Part shown: positions 53,951 to 64,000 of the stretch, one piece after another
How the letters are laid out: each line of letters starts with the position of its first letter
Numbering within the stretch: position 1 is the stretch's first letter
Assembly: GCA_012295275.1 (NCBI GenBank)
Contig: CM022665.1
Span: 32,550,001-32,614,000, forward strand
Direction: 5' to 3'
Length of the DNA stretch: 64,000 nucleotides
Origin: Chrysomallon squamiferum
Lineage: Eukaryota; Animalia; Mollusca
Notes under the pieces: generated by a model
The model's database searches: none
Told to the model about the DNA's origin: nothing
Seen by the model: only the letters and a program-made list of their open reading frames with translations
Translations under genes and position numbers: made by a program

Positions 53951-56900
53951 AATGTCTGTGTACATATGTATGTATGCATATACGTATGTATGCTATATAA
54001 AATCTATCTTCAAATACTTTTAAAAATTACTAAACGAAACGGTTCGTAATTCCGAAAGAAAACCTCACAAATTTCGTCTGTTCACCGAGATTAATACAGT
54101 GAGACAAAACAATGCAATGCGAGTACAAACCCAATAAAAGAAGTCGGGATGCGGTTTTTACTCGAAAATTAAATCGTTTTTCAATCTAGAAAAAAGCCTC
54201 AACAGTCTCTTCTTAATTTTGCTATGGACGTTAATATGTTTTAAACGATTCAGAGGCTGGGGTTATTCTTTTTCACTAACAACAAAATGCCTTTTATAAC
54301 TAAGTTTCATTTATATATGATAATCCAAGAAGTTTAATTGTGGCAGTAAATGTTTGTGCTACATATATCAAGATATAGTAGACAAAATGTAATAATAAAA
54401 AAATAACTTTATTATTGTTTTAAAAATATAAATTAAAAGGCAAAAAACTAATTAACAAAAAAAACACAACTTTCTTCTCGCTTCACGAACGGAAATTGAA
54501 ACTATCTTTTCTTGATACTTTTATTTTAAAATAAAGCAAATAATCCAAGTCATAAATTCTTCCTTATGCTAATCAAGCCATAGACAGCTCAATGAAAGAG
54601 CCTTGATGTTTAAACCTGGAACGCAAGCATCAGTTTTTTAGCTCTTTTTTTTAGCGACCTGTCGACATTCAGAATGATTCAGTATCTTTAAAGCCAAGGA
54701 GGAAATCCACATGTTATTTAGAGATTGAGCACACAATGAACAAAGAAGGAGATGGCCATTGTACAACTGTTTATATTTGCTGAATTCTTTCCTATTTATC
54801 TCCTTCGATCATGAATGAAATTCTTCCGCCAGTGTTTGCCTTCCCAGCTTTCTGTGGTCGACGATGTTGGTCAATGGTGATCTTTCAAGGTCAGCTGAGA
54901 ATCATTCATGGATTAGACGTTGTTTAGACACAATGGACAAGAGGAATGTCTTGTCTGAACAGCCTCTTTACCAAACAAATGTTTATGGAAAATGAAATAG
55001 CAAAGGTCTTTGGCGGAATCTTCTTTTTAATTCTCTTTTTCCTTCTGCTTGATAAATTATAACTGTTTGTTTTTGCTGAAAGATCTTTCGACTTTTTATT
55101 GTCTTTTTCCTTCTTCTTCTCCTTTTTTTTTTTTTTTTTTTTTGATTATTATTAATCTGAAAAATGATTATGACAACAATTACAGTTTTAATTATTAAAG
55201 AGAAATACTGATTCAAAAGGAGCAAGGATTAAGAGAAAATAAAGATGGAGAATGATGAATCAGTGAAAGAATGAATGAGCATATCAACAAATAATATTAA
55301 TGTTTCTGAAGTGGAAATAATACATTTCTTACACAACAGACACCTGCTACCGCCATTCATTGAATAAGTCTTACTGGTTAGAAGAAAGTGATATTTTGTA
55401 TATATAAAATCACAGTGCTTTGTATGGTACTGGCTGTGAGAGACAGAAAGAGAGAAAGAAAACGAGAGAGTGACAGAGAAAGAGAAACAGCAAGATATGC
55501 TGATCGAAGATTTTATTGTATTTAAAATTTTAGAATCTATTAACGTTTTGTATTATTCACCTTTGGCGTGCCCGACATCAAATGATTGTTTGGCAATAGT
55601 GAGCGAATGATCAAACATTTTTGCAACGATATTTATTTATTAATGTGTTAATCGATGAAATGAATTAAAAAAAAATAATAAAAATAAAAAGATTAAAGGG
55701 AAAGAAAACGAACGGAAACCATTTCTGTTCTATTCTTTTTAATAATAATAATAATAATAATAATAAAATAAAACAATCTTTTTTTATTGGCTTACTTTAG
55801 CCTGAAAATACAATTGCTCTCTCAACAGTGCCACCATGCGGACCAGATGATCTTTGATCTTTGCTATTAACATTGAATATGATGAAACTAACGACCCGAG
55901 AGCCCAATAAAGAAAACAGAATATCCCTTTGTCTAAAGCACATAAATCACTAATATGAAAATTTTCATAAATAATGTTGCATATAAAGCTAGAACGGTGA
56001 AGAGTGTTTCGGACATAAACGTTACTGAATGTCATAAACAGTGAGCCGTCCGTTTGACGCCATGATGTATCCGGTCTCTTTGATATCAATAAATCTAGGG
56101 GACATAACTCTGCGTCATAGCATCACGACCTTCAGACAGATGAAATGAATTCATTAACCGAGAAGACTTCGTACATAAAACTTAGACGTAGATAGTTTCA
56201 TGAAATTTTCGGCGTCTTTGCGAGTTCTTACAAGTATGTACTTCGTAACCAGCATTAAGATATGAAAATACGGCTAAAAATGAGTATGTTTGGTTTTTCT
56301 GATTTTATTAAAGATGCTAAGTAACTCGTCTTGTTTTGAGACAACAAAAATAAAAGTAACCCTAGTTTTTTATATTTATACCGGTGGTTGTCTCTCTCTG
56401 TGTGTATGTGTCCTGACATTTGTAAACTATTACAAATATGTATATGTGTATGACTGTGTTTGTTGTGAGAGACTAGAGAGATTGTGTCTAAATTGTTACA
56501 TACAGTTATCGTGTATTTTTAAGTTAAAAAGTAAATCTTTAGATGAAACCTGCGACATTGAAGAATCACAACATACACGCACGCACGCACACCCGCACAC
56601 CCGCACACCCACCCACACACACACACACATCAAAGAAAAATCCAAGAGGTTTCAGTAGATTCCAGTACAAATTTGAAACTAGATAGTGAAATGTTTTTGC
56701 CTGATTCAGCATATTTGAACTTTAATTAAATAAATACACGTTTACAATATATCTCACTACGTGTCTGTGAGATTCAGTATAAGATTGATCTATTTACATC
56801 ATTAGTTTTTTAAATTTATATCATCATCGTGTTATGTGTCGCCCGTTTACAGACACGTATGTTTATGCTATTTTCGCGAAAAAATGGTTACTTTGAACCC

Positions 56901-57079
56901 TTCTTCAAGGAATGTTTAGACGAACTTGTAACCAGAGTTTTAAAAAAAAAAACTTCAAAGGACAGATGATAAAGTTCAAGCAGCTAATTAAAGAAGGAAA
57001 AAGAAAACTGTTAGAGCGTTCCTCCTGGTGTTCGACATTCGATATTCAGTGACAGTTTTTATATCAGTGAAATTATTAT

Positions 57080-57260
57080 AGGAGAAAGTCTTTGGACCGT
57101 TTAAAGAATAATACAACAGAAAGATTTTGTGACTATTAAATAAATTATTAGGAAGATTTGGAGACTGTTAAAGAAAGCATAAGACAGGAAAATTAGTTTG
57201 GAACCCTTAAAGAAACTGTCAGACGGAACTGTCGTTTAGGTAAAGAGCAATGCTAGACAG
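57080..57260. repeat. Old degenerate minisatellite with a unit of about 32-39 bp, 4-5 copies
   Basis: Recurring (A)GGAAAGATTT(T)GGA.AC..TTAAAGAAA core beginning near 57081, 57118, 57150, 57186 and 57225. Confidence 0.55.
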
Positions 57261-60200
57261 TAAGAGACAGTTAATGAAATAAGTGAATCACTAAAACTTT
57301 TGTAAATAAGTTTATATTCACTGATGGAGTGAGTATGTATACCGACCAGGTTTATGTATTAGTGTTATTGTGTTAGAAGATTAGTTATAATGAAGAGTGC
57401 AGCTACATTTCGATTAAAGAAATATAAAACGTAGAGCAGATAGATTGAATAAATCAGTGCAGTTCTTGTCGTATCGTTATTCTGTGATATGACAAATATA
57501 GTGTTGCGTAAGCGCAACACTTTTATCTGAATGTTGCCGATTACTAATTTATGAATTACTACCCAGAAAAGACAGTATTTACTTTTTATTTTTTAACTTA
57601 TTATTTATTTACTCTTTAAAATCGTATAGTTAACAGAAAATGTAAGCCTTTGCATTATATACTTCGCAAAAAAAATATTAAAAATATAAATGTCAGAAAA
57701 ATCTCTTGAAAAACACTTAAACACTTAAATCAGCAAAGTTTATTAATTTATTTTATTTGCATTTAAGTGACTAAAAAAAAAAAAAAAAAAAAATGTCCGG
57801 GCCTTCAAAATTATCTGTGAAAGCGTGTCCAATATATTTTCGTAGAATTATCAACAACGACAATATGGTTTATAATATTTAATGAGAAATTCGTGTCACA
57901 GTATGCCATAAAATAGAAAGATTGTTCACTATAGGCCATGACAATTGTATATTTTGTTGACACAAATCCAGCTTCAAAGAGGAAAATAAATAATAATGCT
58001 TTTGAAGTCAGTCGGTAATGCAATAAGTTTGTTTTTGCATTGTTAGCAGGCAGACCATGTTGCGGTTTATTAAAAATCATCTCGGTTTCTCCAGTTGGTA
58101 GTTGTCACCTATTTCAATGTCAATAAAAGACGGTATAAGATACCTATGTGAAGTACGTATTATATTCTGGTGTTTTCTCTTTTTCTCTTTTTATTCAACT
58201 AATGCCATGGCAGAATTAGAGGGTGTCTAGTCTAACTTCAAACACATTATTCTTAATGTATAATTATTTTATCTTTTCTTCCATTGAAATATAAATTATA
58301 TGTAAGCGGTATGGTTTCAGATCCGCCATATTTCTGTAAACTGAGTGTATATCGCCTTTTGTCTATGCATATGTTTTAGACCGCGTGTGCGTCTGTGTAT
58401 GTATGTATACAGAAGAAGGTTTATCTGTTAGCTTTTGCCACACACACATACACACACACACACACTCTCACACACACAAATATATATATATATATATATA
58501 TATCAATACAAAAAAATAAAAATAAAAATTAAATTTAAATATTTTCAGCTTTCAAAGATATCATATATTTCAAACCTGTCTTCTACGGTAAACAACGCGA
58601 TTACCATTTCCTTCTGCCGTGTGCACATTTTTTGTTTACGCGAATATATATCCAGGTTAATATAGTGTGATATAAATCAAGTTATATGATTCAAAGAAAT
58701 ACTAGTACCTCATCAGACATATCGAAAGGAAAAAAGCCGGCTTTATCAAACTAAATATTTATTTTCCACCTATTAATAATTCATGATGATAAAATATCCC
58801 ACACCTATCTGTTAGTCGTTTTAACTTATCGTACCACGGTGAAATGCTCACCTGTTGATGGCGGCGAGATAAAGGCGAACCTTCCTGATACCCGAGAAGT
58901 GCCGAAATCCACCTATATAGTAATACAAACAGCTAGCTCTCGCACGAATCCTGATGCAATCTCTGTGTGTTATTAATATACATTCTCCTCGTTTTTTTTT
59001 TTTTTTTTTTAAATTTAATAATACGGAGCCATAAATGGCTGAAGTAAAGTTATGATCTCTCGTTTTGAAGATACTATCTGACGTGAACTTCCATACTCAA
59101 CAGATAAAAACGATGTTGTGTGTGCAGATATCAAAGATTTGTTTGGTATTCATAGAGTTTATTCCAGTGCGTTGCCCTTCAGTAGTTCTGTGTATTATTT
59201 CTTTAGTACGGTTAATTCTGGCGAGAAGATTATTATTATAATTATTATAATAATTTTTTTTTTTTTTTTTTTTGTACAAATGTTGAACAAATACAAGTGT
59301 TGTTGATATTAATATTAATGACATCGAATGAAGATTTCCTATCCTGATAACAACCTTTACAAACCTCTGGACAGTTATTATTGTACCTTCCTTACATTAT
59401 ATTGATTTCCTTCTGTCACTTTATTCAATTATCTATCTATCTATTTGTAACTCAGTCCACTGATGATGTGACTCGAGAGCATATCCTCTGAAAACGTAAC
59501 CATTACTTCTCTTTCTGCTACTCGAATACTTAATGTCACTCCTCAGACTAGTATTACTACACACAATACTATATTACTTTGTAAATTAGTTCAACCATTA
59601 CCCAATTACTGCTACACTATTATATTACAACTATTACAACTGCTGCTTCTGCTACCACTAATGCTATAACTACTTCAACTATTGCTACAACTGCTACAAA
59701 ATAAAGTGCTTGAAAGGATTTAAAAGCACTGAAAAACAACCAATAATTACGATCCTGCACCTAAAGGTACAAGTTCAACCCTAACGATTGTGTAAATCAG
59801 ATCTGATTTGCCACATTATAACTAAATTTATCAATAAACCGCCCTAAAGATTTTAATTTGAGAACATGGAAGTATTCAATACATGGATCAGTGGTAGAAC
59901 ATCTGTGAATTAAGTGCATTACAACAAGATTTATCCCAGAGGTACCGCGGAACACAACATGTGCGAAATATCAAAGTCCGTTGTACTGTACGTTTAAAAG
60001 ATGCATGTAACAGATTCGCTCTTTTCAGTCATTAAGATTTTTTTCTTTACTGAAACCAAACGCGAACGAACGCTCTATAAGACTCCTAATTACATTTATC
60101 AGATTCGGTAAATAAATATTCTTACAGAAATTAAGACTTTAAAGATCTTTCTTTGATTTCTGTAACTGAAACGCAGATTCATTTATTTGTTAAATTTATG

Positions 60201-63200
60201 AGACATAATTAACAGAAAATGGATACTCTTTTCGTTCTTCTTCTTTAAAACTCCCACCGCAAATGACCGACGCACTAACTTCCTTTTTATTCCTGGACCG
60301 GTATTTTTTAAACGTACACGCCCAATCAACAGTGATAAATATCTTCAAGCAGCTCGGATATAAATAATGTCTTTTAACATGGCTAATTTTACGTGACACA
60401 AACCAATGAGAAAGGAAATAGTTTTAATCCCCTGTCATTTTTAGAACCGAGTGTAAGCTCGATCTTGTATATGCCTCGCGCTATCGTAGTAATAGCCTTA
60501 ATATTCACTACAAGAAATAGAAAATGTCAGTAAAGAGCTATTGCGAGAGCGACATTATCTCGTGCAAATAAAAAATATAATTTATTGGTTTTAGTGTTTG
60601 CGTACAGAGAGCATGGGGAAGAGAATTAGTGTGTTCATTGCAATCCTGCAGTGTTTAAAAGATATTTTACACTTAATGAATCTGTTGTGAGAATACATTT
60701 CACAGAAGTTTATCATTAAAGCTGTGAAGTGCTTTCTTTTATCTGTACGCATGCCTAGGAAATTAATAAATCAAAGCTGCAAAAAAAAAAAAAATATATA
60801 TATATTATTAATTAAAAATATATATATATACACACTATTATGAAATAGGTTAGTTTTAAAACAGCATGATAACATTAATTTATAGGACCATAAAAGAAAA
60901 CAAAGATATCAGTTTAGGTTGGGGTTTTTTTTCATAAGAAAGTACAGCATATTAAAATAGTCGAAACAAAAAGCTAATATCAAATGTTAGAATAACAGTG
61001 TAAAAAATAAATTATGAAAACATTACATTCAGCAAATACAAAAGCTTAAAATGCCGACGATACTAAACTACAGTACTGCATACATATTTAAATGAAAATA
61101 CACTTCAAAAAAGACTATTTCAAACATTTTAAAATCAATATACACTCAATCAAAGAGTTTTTCAAACAATCTAGTCTGATATATAGAAGTACGACATGTC
61201 CTTCTTTCGAGACAAACATCATTACGGCATAGAACGTGTTGCATGCGATTATGCATGTTCTCTCAAGTAACATAAGAAACATTTCATCGTGATTGCAAAA
61301 CAAGGTCCCAGTCTAACTACACAAGTATTCGATCAACATACCGCTGCGCAGAACAAGGACTTGCATACAAGTCGAACATAAACTGCCCGTGGTTGATATT
61401 CGCTTCGAAAGAAGTAAAAACACAAGAAAATATTTATACATCAATCAAACAGTATTTATACTTTTTATTTTTTTCCCCCTCTCCCACACACTAGAGAATG
61501 TATTGTGTCTGTAGTCCATACACCAACGGAGTTTTCATTCGTCATTTATCATGAAAGTTACGCCGACCGAACAGACAGACGAGATTTCATTTTCAACTCG
61601 TAAACGTCGGATTGCATTTGTCAGTGAGCATTTTTTAAGACCTTCAAGGCATTTTATCTTTAAAAAGTTTTAATTTCCTGATAGCTTTCAGAGGCGGTAT
61701 AGCAAGTGATTATGGCGATGGGTTTAAATTGCAATACCATATGACATTTCAGTCTTTTCAATCGCTAGCTTTCCCAAATGATTTATTACAAAACGTGGCT
61801 CCCATAAGAATTTGTCGACTGTTGAAGTTTTAGAAGAATTGTTCTACTTCTGCTTGAACAGTGAAAAGATGCTAAATAGCGATAATTTAAATAATTTTAA
61901 AAGAAAATGTATATAATAAAAGAGTGTTTCAAATAATTTAATTTAATGTGTACACGTACAACATACAAAAACAAAAGAGGAAATAAAATATAACTGAAAG
62001 AGATGAGAGTGTCATCGCAGTTTTTTATTTTATTTATATGTAATATACCTATAATTATGAGCGTATTGCTAAACACTCTGGTTAACAGGATTATGGAATA
62101 TTAATTAATAGCATACCCATAAGCGTGTTATTCTGAATCTTATGCAGTTAACAACAATTTTATTTATTTATTTATTTATTGTTGCCTTGATAAGATGTAT
62201 AAATAAATATTTCTTTATTTACTGAAAACTTTTTCTTGTACAAACGTTTTAATTTCCTGATTAATCTATTTTTTTTTTTTTTAAATTTCGCTAAAATTTT
62301 ATTAAAAAAACAACCTGATTATAATTTAAAAAAATAAATAAATAAAATAACAAAGATCGAATCAGAACAATGGTTTGCATGTTGTAAAACTATCAAGCCA
62401 TTCACATTCACATTCACATTTCGTTGACCCCAAATCTTGTTTCATTAATTTAGTGACCATCAAGTCAAACAGATCTGATTTTTTTTTTTTTTTTTTTACA
62501 GAACTCTACTGTCCTCTGGCAAAGGTTTAACCTCTTACAGCTATTTCTGTTATTGACATACAGGTCAGCTTAGTTCAAAGGTAGCATTCTTTTTACGAAT
62601 CCTTTAAGCCATCTTGTAGGTCATGCACACGGACTAAATAGCTCTATCGCCAATTTGAAGAAGAGCGCACAGATATACATACACACCTTGTCACATCTAA
62701 TAATACATATAAATATGCAGGTTCACAGATACACGTATATGAATGTATGTAGATAAATTAAGTTGGGATGAGGGTAACTCGTCGCTAAATTCTGAAACAC
62801 AATTTCACAGATGCATTTCATCTACCACTGGAAATTCCTTTAGCTAGTTTTTGTTTCTTATACTTAATTACATTCTCATTCAGTTAATTATATCCCTCTC
62901 TTTGAGTTGTATGTTATAGATATCATTTGTAAGGCCCTCCCCTTTAGATAGATATGTTTCTGATCATCCGTGTTTATTTCCGTTTTGTTTAAATTCTAAA
63001 TAAAAGTACTATTTCAGTTATAGAATAAAGGTTTATAAACTCTTTAAGAGTGTCCAGTACGTGATTTAATCCAGTTAATGATATAAGCACTTAAAATCGC
63101 CATTCATACTGACCCGAGGCCAAATTAGTGTTAAAAGATTTACAAGTTATCAAATGATGTGTTGATTTATGTACTTAACATCGGTAATTATTATAGTGAT

Positions 63201-64000
63201 ACAGTATTATTACGTGAACTAGCGTTACGATTTGAATGTCCAATACATTATAACCTTTGTCCACACATAAAGCCAAAGACGAAATCAGAATGTGGTAGAA
63301 TATAAACAGAAAAAGTTTTATTGTACATTATGTATTTGTCATTGGTTTTCAAAATGTTTCCACTCAGACGTAATAAACATATACAAGCAAAAGTTAGTAC
63401 ACCATTAGCAAAGCTGTCATAGTATATCAGTTTATCACGATTACTTTTTATTCTACATCATGAAATAAGAGAAATTATTAATAGCTGTTCATTTTCACTG
63501 GCTTATTATATTATTATCACACTTTGTTATTAGTAAATTCGACCTGTAGAGTAAAGAAACAAATATGATCGCTTTAAAAACCATGTTGTATTAAATTTCA
63601 ATTTTTATTCTTTTTTATCATCTTGTGTGTAATCAGTGCATACAACAAGTAAGGCTATATTTGTGGCCAGTGTCCTCAGTAAGGGTTTAAATGCTGGTTA
63701 CTTTTATTTTTCAGCAAGTAAGCAATTTCGCTTCACCAACCTAGGCAAATCCTCTCATAAAAAAGGTAATAGTGCTCCCATTGTTCACGTTCCTCAGTTA
63801 ATACACAAATAAAAGTACAAGAAGTCCAGTATTTACTCGTTTTATTCCGAGCTCGACCTGGCGACATGTTCCGAGTTTCAGGAAAGAGGAGCAGAGATTA
63901 CGGGCCTTGGAAGCGAGGCTTAGAAGTGTTCAAACCTATTTGAAAAGACCAACCGCGGCCCATCCCCTGGATTTACACGTGGACAAAAGCGCCGCCCTTA

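Overview
AT-rich, microsatellite-dense animal genomic DNA, not prokaryotic. The SINE remnants and repeat style suggest a mollusc, possibly a gastropod; this is inference. One confident gene is present: an intronless Frizzled-9/10-type Wnt receptor on the minus strand (true ATG at 29830, stop at 28070, 586 aa). It sits in what looks like a gene desert of about 28 kb downstream and 34 kb upstream. The flanks alternate between simple-repeat tracts and 300-500 bp repeat-free, CpG-containing blocks that look like candidate enhancers, and carry about four decayed copies of a tRNA-headed SINE. Nearly all other ORFs in the track are simple-repeat or antisense artefacts. I see no convincing novel biological system. 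The best leads are a Cdx/posterior-Hox motif cluster at 9.4 kb, TCF plus Helper-like site pairs, uORFs in the Frizzled leader, an unexplained coding-like block at 49.9-50.3 kb and a possible exon at the right edge. All motif and alignment calls were made by eye.
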